Below are positions 16,772-26,329 of a stretch of 49,631 bases of DNA, piece after piece. Numbering within the stretch: position 1 is the stretch's first letter; the number at the start of each line of letters is the position of its first letter. The stretch is from a virus. Lineage: Duplodnaviria > Caudoviricetes. The notes beneath the pieces are model-generated. The model searched no databases. It was not told the DNA's origin and saw only the letters and a program-made list of their open reading frames with translations. The position numbers and the translations under genes are program-made. The stretch lies in the IMG/VR virus record IMGVR_UViG_3300023095_000002, positions 1 through 49,631 of that record; one strand, given 5' to 3'.

Positions 16772-18937
16772 ATGGCATTCGATCCGAAAACCCCGCCGTC
16801 TCTCATTGCATCTGGGATTGGCGGGGCTCGCGGGCTTCGCGCGTTCCGATGGAAGTCGCTTGCGCCTGTGGCCGAGGTGATCGGTGCCAGTTACGTGCGG
16901 ACAGCTCGCAAACTCGGCATGCGTCCTGGCGACACGGTGCTTTACGTCGATGCGGACGACAACACCCATCATCTTCAAGTCGCAAGCATTGACCCGGACA
17001 CCGGCTGGGGAACGCTTGAGTTTCCTGATCTCGCGCCGGAAGCTGCTGGTAAGGTGCTGGACGCGACCAAGGCAACGCAGCCCGAGGCAGAAGCAGGCAC
17101 TCTAAACGACAAGAGCATGACGCCGCTGCGCACTCGTCAGGCTATTGACGCCGCCAAGCAGCGCGACGCGATCTATACTCCGCAAATGTTTGGAACCGTT
17201 GCACCTGGCGTTGATTGCGTGGCGTTGATCCGGCTCGCTCGTGATGCAGTAAAGCTAAAAGGCGGTGGAGTTATTTGGCTCCCTAAAATTGGCGGTGTTG
17301 GCTATGTCGTGTCGGGTCAAATTCTGGTCGACTTTAGTGACTGCTTAGTCTTGCTGGAGGATGACATAAAGCTATCCGGTACTGCTGCTGGCAGCGTTTT
17401 CCGGTTTGCTGGGTTGTCAAACACTCAGCGCATTTCAAATGTTTCTCTGGTCGGAACGAATAAGCCAAAAATCGACGGTAATGCGCTAGGCACTGCAGGA
17501 TATGTATATAGCTTGGTGGATAATTTTTACTGCTGCGTAATCTTTTTATATTGCGACAACTGGTTGATCCAGAACGTTTATGCTTACAACGGCCTGGTCA
17601 ACTGCATTCGCACGCACAGTTGCGGGAAGGGCCTTGATATAGACTGTGACACATCGCATGCGTTATACGACAACGGGCACTCGATAGACTTTGATCCGGC
17701 CGGCACTTCCGGCTGGGTTGAAAATAACCCGGCAACCTCGGCGTCTGTTGACATTGTTCGCCCCCGCGCTTGGAATTGCAGAGGGCTTGGTGTTGCTGCC
17801 TATGGCTCGACACGAGTCCTTGTTGATAACCCTAGAATTTGGAACTGCGGCAACGATGACGCAGGCGCTTACGCAGTCACCGGAGGTGGCATTTCAATTG
17901 AGGTGGATGTTTCTAACACTATTACCAGAGATAGCAGGGTCGTGGTTAATAACCCTCAGATTGATGACTGCTATGGTACTGGCATCGCTTGCTTTGTTCC
18001 CGGCGCTGTGGTGAATGGCGGCAAAATCGAACTAATGAAAAAGGCAGTTGTGAAGGCGGACCCTACAGGGAGAACTGGCTCTGCTTTTTGGGTGACAGGT
18101 AAAGGGTCAATTGACATTCGTGGAACTGTGCTTAGCAAATGCCAAGGTCCGTCTATTTATGGGTTGGCAGTTGGTGGTTTTTATCCATCCATCACTTTTG
18201 ACGGCACCATTGAGGATGGTTTGTCCAATGCTATATTAGGCCGGGGGGTGTCTTTTATCAAACTTTCACCAAAATCTATAATTCGTCGCTGCGGAAGTTC
18301 TACGTCTAATTACATATTTATTGATAACACTGGCGCGGGGTATAACCCTCTTGGTGGACAAGTAATAATTTCTGGTACTTTTAGCGAGAACCCGGCAAAC
18401 ATTTCAATTAAGAGTGTTGGCGATGTTAGAATTAGAAATGCCGATCTTGTAAACAACCGCCTAACTGCTGGTGTGGGTGACCAGATTGTTACTGACATTG
18501 CAAATTTCGCGGCTGTTCAGGGTGTAGTAAATCGAGATGACAATGCTCAGACACAACGCATTGTTTCAATAACCGCGTTAGTCTCAGTTGGTATTGCTGA
18601 CGGTGTAGCCGGAACATCTATATCGTCACCAGTTCGTAATCTTGCTCCAAGCCAGCCCTCCATGTTTCGGCAAGGGCAGGTTAGCGCGTCAAAGGCGTAT
18701 GATCCCGCTAGTATTCCTAATGGTGCTTCCGTCAGCACTAGCGTGGCGGGGTTAACTGGCGCTGAAATGGGGGATGAAGTAGCGGCAACGTTCTCGTTGA
18801 ACCTGACGGCAGGCGTTACGCTGAGTGCTTTTATGACCGCTCCCGCTACGGCGCTGTGCGTGTTTACGAACAACTCCGGGGTCGCTGTTGATCTTGGAAA
18901 TGGGACGCTAAAAGCTATAGCTCGAAAGTCGTACTAA
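16772..18937 (+). CDS. Spike protein 1: decoration-like N-domain plus right-handed beta-helix (putative depolymerase)
   Basis: AT..EAEAGT.NDKSMTPLRT.QAI neck, TPQMFG...GGGVIWLP beta-helix entry, Asn/Gly/Ile/Val-rich body, YDPASI..G C-domain. Confidence 0.85.
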   Translation: MAFDPKTPPSLIASGIGGARGLRAFRWKSLAPVAEVIGASYVRTARKLGMRPGDTVLYVDADDNTHHLQVASIDPDTGWGTLEFPDLAPEAAGKVLDATKATQPEAEAGTLNDKSMTPLRTRQAIDAAKQRDAIYTPQMFGTVAPGVDCVALIRLARDAVKLKGGGVIWLPKIGGVGYVVSGQILVDFSDCLVLLEDDIKLSGTAAGSVFRFAGLSNTQRISNVSLVGTNKPKIDGNALGTAGYVYSLVDNFYCCVIFLYCDNWLIQNVYAYNGLVNCIRTHSCGKGLDIDCDTSHALYDNGHSIDFDPAGTSGWVENNPATSASVDIVRPRAWNCRGLGVAAYGSTRVLVDNPRIWNCGNDDAGAYAVTGGGISIEVDVSNTITRDSRVVVNNPQIDDCYGTGIACFVPGAVVNGGKIELMKKAVVKADPTGRTGSAFWVTGKGSIDIRGTVLSKCQGPSIYGLAVGGFYPSITFDGTIEDGLSNAILGRGVSFIKLSPKSIIRRCGSSTSNYIFIDNTGAGYNPLGGQVIISGTFSENPANISIKSVGDVRIRNADLVNNRLTAGVGDQIVTDIANFAAVQGVVNRDDNAQTQRIVSITALVSVGIADGVAGTSISSPVRNLAPSQPSMFRQGQVSASKAYDPASIPNGASVSTSVAGLTGAEMGDEVAATFSLNLTAGVTLSAFMTAPATALCVFTNNSGVAVDLGNGTLKAIARKSY

Positions 18938-18993
18938 TCCTTTTTTGTAGAGCTTCGCGGTTAACAGCCCGCCGTCCCTCTGCCTAGCGTTCC

Positions 18994-19035
18994 AAGCCTC
19001 CCGCGTGTATCTATCGCGGGAGGCTTTCCCATTTT
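18994..19035 (+). terminator. Hairpin terminator between spike genes
   Basis: aagcctcccgcg...cgcgggaggctt followed by tcccatttt. Confidence 0.6.
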
Positions 19036-19049
19036 ATGGACCGCGCACC

Positions 19050-20912
19050 ATGGCATATGATCCAGATACCCCGCCATCCCTTCTCGTCCAAGGCGTGGGC
19101 GGCTCTGTCGGCCTGCGCTTCTATGCTCACACTTGGCTTGATCCAATCGCCGATGTCCTCGCGCCTGGCTACATCACCAACGCGCAAGAATTGGGCATGC
19201 GTCCCGGCGATGCTTTCCGGTACACCAACCTGTCACTCGGCCAGTGGGCAGATTACCATCTGATTGTTGCCGACGTGACGGTCGACGGCATTGCAACGCT
19301 CGGTTTCCCCGATGTTCCCGAAGAGGCAATCCCCTACGCCGATGACGTTGATCCATCTGACCCCGGCAATTACGTCATCATGTTCTCGGGTGGACGGCAG
19401 GTTCGCGTCGACTCTGTGAATTTCTTGGCCGGCGAAGGCACGGTCATGACCTCATCCGAGGCCCAGGCAAAGGGAGGCACGAACAATGATACGCGCATGT
19501 CGCCGCTGCGCACCAGGCAGGCGATCAATCTAAATTTTGCTGCTGACCGAGCTGCGATCAAATTGCTCGACCCTGCTGTCGTCACTAGCGTTTCGCTGGC
19601 CGAGCCCGGACGCGAAGGCGTGTTTGTCTGGCGTGCCGGGGACTATGCCGCCCGCGTGGCCGCTGATACTGCCGAGGGCATTTACATCAAGGCGACGGAC
19701 ATTGCCGCAACTGTCGGCGCATGGGTTCGAGACTACCGCGGCGCCGTTGATATCGCTTGGTTTGGCGTTGCGCCTGGCAATAACCCGGGGCCGATGCTGG
19801 CGACGCTTTTCGCCGCATATTCGCATGTCAGCATCAGCATTCCCGGCACCTATACCAACACCACGACCGCCATCACCCTGCCTCTGGGCAAGACACTCGT
19901 TCGCGGCGCGGGAGTGGACCTGAAGCACTCGGGCTCCGGTTCGTTCAACGCCAAAGGCACCGTCGTCACATTCGGCGAGAACCCATCCGGCATCAACGCA
20001 TGGGATAACAACGGCGGCGGGCGCGGCCTCGGGTTCAACTTTACCGGCGTGACTGCGGACATTGGCGGATATGGGCCGACGAAATACTCGATCCATCCCG
20101 TTCCGTCTGCCATCACCGGCACGGTTTCGGCACCGGCTGACAGCGCTTATTGGCATGCCCAGGCAATTGCAGGTTACGCCAAGAGCGCGACCACACTCAC
20201 GCCGCCCGTTGGCGTGTATGCGGAGTCAAATGCTGGCGTGGCTGGCATCAATGTTTTTGGCATGAACCCGCTCTGCAATGACAATGGATTTGCGGCCACG
20301 CTGATCGGCATTGAGGTGGACATAAACATCAAGAATACTGCCTCCAATGCCATTGGCCTTTATCTCATCGGCGACAGTCTGGGCGAGGGGACGGGCTTCA
20401 CCAAGGCGATCGAGATTGCGCCGATCGGCATCAGCGGGCCTTTCCGGTGGGACGTTGGGACTTATATCCAGAACGGGGCTGTCAAGATCGCCCTTTCGGC
20501 CGGCGCGCTTGGACTCGCTCCAAATACCGCCAGCTCGTCTATTGAGTGGCGATATGTGAATGGGTCCGGTGCTGACAGGCTGGGTGGGCAAGTCTTTGCC
20601 GACACCATGGGCAATACCCACCTGCAGGGAAACCGGGATGGCGGCGCGCTCTATCTGGAAAGCTGGGGGTCGGGCGTCTACAAAACTAACATCGGCATGG
20701 CGGCCGGCCTTACCTCGATCAACGGCGCCCCCTTCGAGCACCCCTTGAGCGTTCTTGGATCAACCAAGCTCAACGGCCAGGTCGGCTTTCAGGGTAACAA
20801 CCCAATGGCCAAGCCCACAGTGTCAGGCTCACAGGGCGGCAATGCAGCGCTGATTTCTCTGATTGCCGCCTTGACCAATTACGGACTGATTAACAACCTG
20901 ACCACCGCATAA
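19050..20912 (+). CDS. Spike/fibre protein 2 with decoration-like N-domain
   Basis: N-terminus paralogous to 16772; MSPLRTRQAI neck; GAWVR...WFG; C-terminal GFQG..P...PTVSGSQGGNAAL.SL..AL. Confidence 0.85.
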   Translation: MAYDPDTPPSLLVQGVGGSVGLRFYAHTWLDPIADVLAPGYITNAQELGMRPGDAFRYTNLSLGQWADYHLIVADVTVDGIATLGFPDVPEEAIPYADDVDPSDPGNYVIMFSGGRQVRVDSVNFLAGEGTVMTSSEAQAKGGTNNDTRMSPLRTRQAINLNFAADRAAIKLLDPAVVTSVSLAEPGREGVFVWRAGDYAARVAADTAEGIYIKATDIAATVGAWVRDYRGAVDIAWFGVAPGNNPGPMLATLFAAYSHVSISIPGTYTNTTTAITLPLGKTLVRGAGVDLKHSGSGSFNAKGTVVTFGENPSGINAWDNNGGGRGLGFNFTGVTADIGGYGPTKYSIHPVPSAITGTVSAPADSAYWHAQAIAGYAKSATTLTPPVGVYAESNAGVAGINVFGMNPLCNDNGFAATLIGIEVDINIKNTASNAIGLYLIGDSLGEGTGFTKAIEIAPIGISGPFRWDVGTYIQNGAVKIALSAGALGLAPNTASSSIEWRYVNGSGADRLGGQVFADTMGNTHLQGNRDGGALYLESWGSGVYKTNIGMAAGLTSINGAPFEHPLSVLGSTKLNGQVGFQGNNPMAKPTVSGSQGGNAALISLIAALTNYGLINNLTTA

Positions 20913-20921
20913 GAGGACAAT

Positions 20922-21098
20922 ATGCAGATCACAACGCGCCCCGAAGACACGTATTCTATCCTGGCCAGCCAGCGCAACGCAGCGCTGGATCAGGTGGCGA
21001 CAATGTACGCCGAGATGGTCGCGCTCAAACGCGCCTTGGCCGAAGCGCTGGAATTGAAAGCCGACGACGCCAAGGCCGGAGAAGGCGAAACGCAGTGA
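20922..21098 (+). CDS. Small coiled-coil protein (possible fibre chaperone), 58 aa
   Basis: GAGGA RBS; LASQRNAALDQVA; GTGA overlap with terL. Confidence 0.7.
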   Translation: MQITTRPEDTYSILASQRNAALDQVATMYAEMVALKRALAEALELKADDAKAGEGETQ

Positions 21099-22519
21099 CG
21101 TTTCATTTCACCAAAAAGCAAATGGTCGCCACCGACATCATCGGTGGTGATGCTACTCATATCCTGCTGTTTGGCGGGTCGCGCTCGGGCAAGAGCTTCT
21201 TTGCCGTTCGCGCCCTATTCGCTCGAGCTATCTACTGCCCCAACTCCCGGCACCTGATCGCGCGCTTCCGCCTATCGCACGTCAAGGCTTCGGTCATTGC
21301 CGATACCATCCCCAAAGTCATTGAACTTTGCTTCCCTGAATTGAAGGGATCGATCCAGCACCTCAAGTCCGAGAACCACTACAAGCTGCCGAACGGCTCT
21401 GAGGTTTGGTATGCCGGCCTCGACGACAAGGACCGTACCGAGAAGATCCTTGGTATGGAGTTCGCGACGCTTGATCTGGAAGAATGCTCGCAAATCCCAT
21501 GGGCATCGCGCGAAACGCTGATCACCCGCCTTGCTCAAAAGACAAGCCGGCCAAACCCGGAAGATATGGACGGCAAGAAGGGCCTACCGCGTCTGCCCGG
21601 GCTGCGGCTCAAGGCTTATTACACGCAAAACCCGCCTAACAAGAACCACTGGACCTATAAGCTTTTCATCGAGCGCAAGTCGCCAGACACCAGCCGGCCC
21701 GTTCCTGATCCGGCAAATTACAATTTCCTCAAGATGAACCCCGACGATAATGTCGAGAACATTGCCGATGGCTATGTCGAGACGGTTCTCGGCGGGCTAT
21801 CCGAGCGCCAGCAAAGGCGATTTCGCTATGGTGAGTTCGGCGATTTGGGCGAAGCGGCGCTCTGGTCATACGAGCTGATTGATCAGCAGCGCATCGGCGA
21901 GACGGAAGAGGTCGACATGAGCGACTTCATCCGTGTTGTCGTGGCCGTCGATCCTTCGGGCGCCAGTAGTGTTGATGACGCGCATCGTGACGAGATCGGT
22001 ATCGTGGCGGCCGGACTGCGCGCCAACGGCAAGGTGCTGGTGTTGGAAGATGCCACTATGAAGGGCTCGCCTGGCGAGTGGGGCAAGACTGTCGTTCAGG
22101 TGTTCGAGCGCTGGGGCGCTGATCGCGTGGTCGGCGAAACCAACTTCGGCGGCGACATGGTTCGGTTCGTCGTCCAGTCGGCGGCGGCGGAAGCCCAGAT
22201 CACCGTTCCTTACCGGGCTGTGTTTTCAAGCCGCGGCAAATACCTTCGAGCCGAACCGATCGCCGCGCTCTATGAAGCGGCCAAGGTCGAGCATATGCCT
22301 GGCCTTAAAGCGCTCGAAGACGAAATGGTTCTGATGACGACTTCTGGATATGCCGGCGAGCGGTCCCCCAACCGCGTTGACGCTGCCGTCTTCGCGATAA
22401 CCGACCTGTTCCCAACGGTGATCAAAAAGGCTAATGCTGAGACATCGGCGCAAAGGCACACCACGCCACAAGTCAACCTCGGCCATTCTCAAGCGAAACG
22501 GGCCGGCAAAAGGAGATAG
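21095..22519 (+). CDS. terL: Terminase large subunit
   Basis: Walker A GGSRSGKS, LEECSQI Walker B, NPP, nuclease VAVDPS...DEIGI...SPNRVDA. Confidence 0.95.
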   Translation: MTFHFTKKQMVATDIIGGDATHILLFGGSRSGKSFFAVRALFARAIYCPNSRHLIARFRLSHVKASVIADTIPKVIELCFPELKGSIQHLKSENHYKLPNGSEVWYAGLDDKDRTEKILGMEFATLDLEECSQIPWASRETLITRLAQKTSRPNPEDMDGKKGLPRLPGLRLKAYYTQNPPNKNHWTYKLFIERKSPDTSRPVPDPANYNFLKMNPDDNVENIADGYVETVLGGLSERQQRRFRYGEFGDLGEAALWSYELIDQQRIGETEEVDMSDFIRVVVAVDPSGASSVDDAHRDEIGIVAAGLRANGKVLVLEDATMKGSPGEWGKTVVQVFERWGADRVVGETNFGGDMVRFVVQSAAAEAQITVPYRAVFSSRGKYLRAEPIAALYEAAKVEHMPGLKALEDEMVLMTTSGYAGERSPNRVDAAVFAITDLFPTVIKKANAETSAQRHTTPQVNLGHSQAKRAGKRR

Positions 22520-22522
22520 GCG

Positions 22523-22810
22523 ATGGGCGGCGTGAAGAACAACAAGAGCGGCGGCGGGGGCATTCTTGGCTCAAAGAGCGCTGGCGCTGTCAGCGCAGCC
22601 ATGGCGGCGGCCAGCCCAACGCCAGTGACCGGCGAATATGCCGCTGACAAGCCCGCGATCATGCCGGTTTACAACTCACCAGCCCAGATCGAGTCTGCCC
22701 GCAAGCGTCGCGAGGCGGTCATCACGCGGTCGGGTCGATCATCGACCAACCTCGTCGGCAATCCCGGCACGCAGGCGTACCAGTCCAGTTTTCTCGGAAG
22801 CACCGCATAA
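22523..22810 (+). CDS. Small virion-associated protein preceding portal
   Basis: MGG...RSGRSSTNL pattern and position typical of BPP-1-like podoviruses. Confidence 0.65.
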   Translation: MGGVKNNKSGGGGILGSKSAGAVSAAMAAASPTPVTGEYAADKPAIMPVYNSPAQIESARKRREAVITRSGRSSTNLVGNPGTQAYQSSFLGSTA

Positions 22811-24465
22811 TGTCCGACTCCCGCGCCGATGAACTGACTGCAATCTCGGGCTCGCTGTTCTCCGACAAGCGCCATTGGGATTCCATGTCGCAAGAGATTG
22901 CCGAGAACTTTTACCCCATCCGCGCGGACTTCACCTCCGAGCAGCACCTTGGCAGCGACTTCGGCGCGCATCTGTCGGACTCGTTCCCGGTCAACTCCCG
23001 CGAAACGCTGGGCAACGCCATCGACTCCATGCTGCGCCAGGGTGAATGGTTCGAAGTCGGGACCGGCGACGAAGAGCGGGACAAGCGGCCAGCCAATGCC
23101 GTAGCGCTCAAGACTGCAACGCAGGCCCTTCGCAATATCGTCCGCGATCCCCGCACTGGCTTTGATGTCGCAACCAAAGAGGCGGATCACGATTGGGTCG
23201 CGTTCGGTAATCCCGTCCTGTCATGGGAAGAGGCGCCGTCGCGCAACCATCTGGTAACGCGCTGCTGGCACCCCAAGCTCTGCGCATGGATGGTCGACGA
23301 TAGCGGCAAGGTCAACGCGCTGCATCGCAAGATGAACATGCAGGCCCGCAACATCAAACAGAAGTTCAAAACGGGAAAATGGACCGGCAAGCTGCACGAG
23401 GATATCGAGCGCTGCGCCACCAAGGAGCCGACCAAGACTTTCCCCATCGTGCATATCCTGATGCCGATCGAGGAACTGTACGGCGACGACCACAAGATGC
23501 TGCGCAAGCACAAGCATGGTTTTATCTCGGTCTATATCGACCCGACCCATCGCGAAATTCTGAACGAGCTGGGCAGCAAGACTTTCAACTATGTCGTGCC
23601 GCGGTATCGCACGCTGTCAAACCTGCCTTGGGGTTTCTCGCCGGCCGCCATCAACTCGCTGCCCGATGCCCGCATGCTTCAAGCCATGGCTATTGTCATT
23701 CTCGAGCAGGGCGAAAAGGCTGTCGATCCCCCGATGGTTGGCGCGTCCGACGTGTTCGTGCGTGATATCAACCTCTATGCAGGCGGCTTCACGTCGGTTG
23801 ATCTCGATGAAAACCGTGACATTCGCAACGCCATGCAGGTAATCGAAACCGGCCAAGGCATTCAAACCGGGCTGCAGCTCAAGCAGGACGTGCGTTCGCT
23901 GCTCGCCGAAGCATGGTTGCTGAACAAGCTCTATCTGCCCAACGTGCGCGAAATGCGCGAGCTGGAAGTCATGGTCCGCACCGAAGAGTTTCGCCGGGCC
24001 GCTTTGCCGTTCTTCAACCCCATCGATAGCCAGTACCATTCGCCGCTGCTGGGCGTGGGTTTCGAAATGGCCGTCAACCTGGGCTATATCGATCCGCGCA
24101 TTTTTCCCGAAGAGCTGCAAGAGCAGGACGTTGCTTTCACCTTCACCAGCCCGCTCAAGGATGCCGAAGGCCAAAAGGTCGTGGCATCGTTCGAGAAGTC
24201 GGTCCAGCTCGTCGCTGCCGGCGCGCAGGGCGACGCTTCCATTGCCAAGCTGTTCGACATGCGTCGTGCCACGATCGACGCTGTGCGCGGTGCTGGCGCT
24301 GAACCCGAATGGTTCAAGACCGATGACGAGCAGGAGGAAGAAAAGGTGAAGGGCGATCAGGTCAATGATCTGCTGCAGACGGCCAATGTGCTGCAGACTG
24401 GCGCCGCTGCCGCCGCTGACGTGAGCAATGCCACGATGGCCGCTCAAGCTGCGGGGCTCGCATAA
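22810..24465 (+). CDS. Portal (head-tail connector)
   Basis: 551 aa; W..IAENFYP, PRY......WGFSPA...LPDARMLQ, EKAVDPP, F.SPL..A. Confidence 0.92.
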   Translation: MSDSRADELTAISGSLFSDKRHWDSMSQEIAENFYPIRADFTSEQHLGSDFGAHLSDSFPVNSRETLGNAIDSMLRQGEWFEVGTGDEERDKRPANAVALKTATQALRNIVRDPRTGFDVATKEADHDWVAFGNPVLSWEEAPSRNHLVTRCWHPKLCAWMVDDSGKVNALHRKMNMQARNIKQKFKTGKWTGKLHEDIERCATKEPTKTFPIVHILMPIEELYGDDHKMLRKHKHGFISVYIDPTHREILNELGSKTFNYVVPRYRTLSNLPWGFSPAAINSLPDARMLQAMAIVILEQGEKAVDPPMVGASDVFVRDINLYAGGFTSVDLDENRDIRNAMQVIETGQGIQTGLQLKQDVRSLLAEAWLLNKLYLPNVREMRELEVMVRTEEFRRAALPFFNPIDSQYHSPLLGVGFEMAVNLGYIDPRIFPEELQEQDVAFTFTSPLKDAEGQKVVASFEKSVQLVAAGAQGDASIAKLFDMRRATIDAVRGAGAEPEWFKTDDEQEEEKVKGDQVNDLLQTANVLQTGAAAAADVSNATMAAQAAGLA

Positions 24466-24851
24466 TGCCCGGGCCTTACACCGACACCGAGCGGGATGTT
24501 CTTATCGATGCGATCCTTGCTCGGTTTGACCTGATCGAGCCCGACCTGTCGCAAGCCCTGCTGGATATCGGCGCGCTCCAGACGGACAACACGACCAATA
24601 TCTCCAACATTGAAATGCTGCAGACTGGTGCCGTCGATCTTTCCTCTCGGATCGATGCCGTTGAAGGCGTGACGATCCCCGCCGTTGATACGCTGCAAGA
24701 CGACATGGTGAATGTCATTCGCTCTGCGCGGCGGCGCCAAGAGAACGACCCGGCGCAACTGGGCAAGTCGCAAATCGTTCAGCGCGTGGCGATCGAACAG
24801 GTGCGTCGTCCCGATGGCAGGATGGCCCAGCGCGTGGTTAATCCCCGGTAA
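24465..24851 (+). CDS. Hypothetical coiled-coil protein
   Basis: 128 aa with heptad pattern, TAATG overlap with portal. Confidence 0.7.
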   Translation: MPGPYTDTERDVLIDAILARFDLIEPDLSQALLDIGALQTDNTTNISNIEMLQTGAVDLSSRIDAVEGVTIPAVDTLQDDMVNVIRSARRRQENDPAQLGKSQIVQRVAIEQVRRPDGRMAQRVVNPR

Positions 24852-24901
24852 CTTCCATATCCCGCCTGTTTCCGCTATGCGTTGAGACGGGAGGCCCCAC
24901 A

Positions 24902-25198
24902 TTGAAGATCGACCCCGACCTTAAAATCTCCGAAGCCGATGTGTTCGCCGTGCGCTCTTGCATGACGGGCACCGCATCCGCCGATCAGCAGCAGCGCGCA
25001 ATGCAATGGATTGCTGGCTCGGCCTGCGCCTTGTTCGAACCCGAATACGAGCCTGGCGAGCGTCCCCTTGCCAGCGCTCATCGAAGCGGTCGCCGCTATG
25101 TCGGCCTGCTGCTGTCCATCATGAAAGAACCCGCGATCTTGGAGCATGCCCAAAAGGCTGACAAAGACGCGCTCACCAAGCGAAGAGGCACAAAATGA
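24902..25198 (+). CDS. Bbp19-like small head-module protein
   Basis: A..GTA..DQQ.RA..WI......SA..SGRRYVGL; GGAGG RBS; position between portal and scaffold. Confidence 0.65.
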   Translation: MKIDPDLKISEADVFAVRSCMTGTASADQQQRAMQWIAGSACALFEPEYEPGERPLASAHRSGRRYVGLLLSIMKEPAILEHAQKADKDALTKRRGTK

Positions 25199-26166
25199 AA
25201 TTCAATATCTCACAGCCGCTATGGATGCCGGCAGATGAAGGCGCTGGCGGCGGCGAGGGTGGCGCGGAGAAGGTCGAAGGCGCTGCCGACGCTGGTGCCG
25301 ATAAGGGCGGGGCTTCATTCCTCGCCAATGCCGATGACCCTGCTGCTGTCGATAAGGCCATCGCGGCGCCGGCTGACTGGCCCGAGGATTGGCGCGACAA
25401 GCTGGCCGGCGAAGACAAGGACTTCCGCAAGCGCCTTGATCGCGTTGCCTCAATGGCTGACTTCTCCAAGTCCTACCGCGAAGCCGAAAAGAAAATCACG
25501 GGCGGCAAGAAGGGCGTCGTTGCGCTTGATGAGCCAATGCCCGACCCCGAGAAAGACCCGGAAGGCTTGAAGGCTTGGCGCGAAGCCCGCGGCGTTCCTG
25601 CTACGCCCGAGGATTACGCCATCCCCGATACCGTCAAGGATTTGGTGACGGATGCCGACAAGCCGCTGATCGCCGCATTTACCTCAAGCATGCACCAGAA
25701 GGGCATATCGGCCGCGGCTGTTGGTCCGGTCATGGAATGGTATTTCGAGCAGCAGCAAGCCGGGCTCGACGAAACGATTGCCAAGGACAAGGAACTGAAC
25801 GAGTCCTTGCAAGAAGAGCTACGCGGTGAATGGGGCAGCGAGTTCCGAGCCAACTCAACATTGGCGAAGCGCATGGGCGAGAAGCTGTTCGGCGATCTGC
25901 CATGGACGGAAGCCCGTATGCCAGATGGTCGACGCCTCGGCGATGTTCCAGCCATGCTTCGCGCCCTGGCTTCCGCTGCGACTGCAGAATTCGGCGACGT
26001 GTCGTTTGCCGGGGAACAAGCCGCGAGCAAGACGGTCGCGCGTGAAGCTGAAATCCGCGAAATCATGCGGACGGATTTTGATCGATACGACAACGACCCG
26101 GCAATGAAGGCTGAGTTTCAGCAGATCACCGAGGCCAAACAGAAGCGCGACGCAGTTCGCCGCTAA
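25195..26166 (+). CDS. Capsid scaffolding protein
   Basis: Acidic, DWPEDWR, GVP.TPEDY, L..EWG..F..N; directly upstream of capsid gene. Confidence 0.85.
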   Translation: MKFNISQPLWMPADEGAGGGEGGAEKVEGAADAGADKGGASFLANADDPAAVDKAIAAPADWPEDWRDKLAGEDKDFRKRLDRVASMADFSKSYREAEKKITGGKKGVVALDEPMPDPEKDPEGLKAWREARGVPATPEDYAIPDTVKDLVTDADKPLIAAFTSSMHQKGISAAAVGPVMEWYFEQQQAGLDETIAKDKELNESLQEELRGEWGSEFRANSTLAKRMGEKLFGDLPWTEARMPDGRRLGDVPAMLRALASAATAEFGDVSFAGEQAASKTVAREAEIREIMRTDFDRYDNDPAMKAEFQQITEAKQKRDAVRR

Positions 26167-26329
26167 GCCGTATTGCCAAAACAATGAGCATCGCTTAATG
26201 GTGATGCTCATTAACGCCCCACGTCAGCGCCGAGGCGCTTGCCAGACAACCCGCAATGCGGCGCTGGCTAAACCCGGACAACCTGCACAGCACGGCTAAT
26301 CCCCCTGTTCATGCCAAGGAGTCCGGTCA

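Noticed and set aside
16772-20912. BPP-1-like diversity-generating retroelement acting on the fibres
   Set aside because: No reverse transcriptase motif and no TR/VR near-identical repeat seen
24836-24853. CtrA box (TTAA-N7-TTAA)
   Set aside because: Spacing and second half-site do not match; same for 26195-26215
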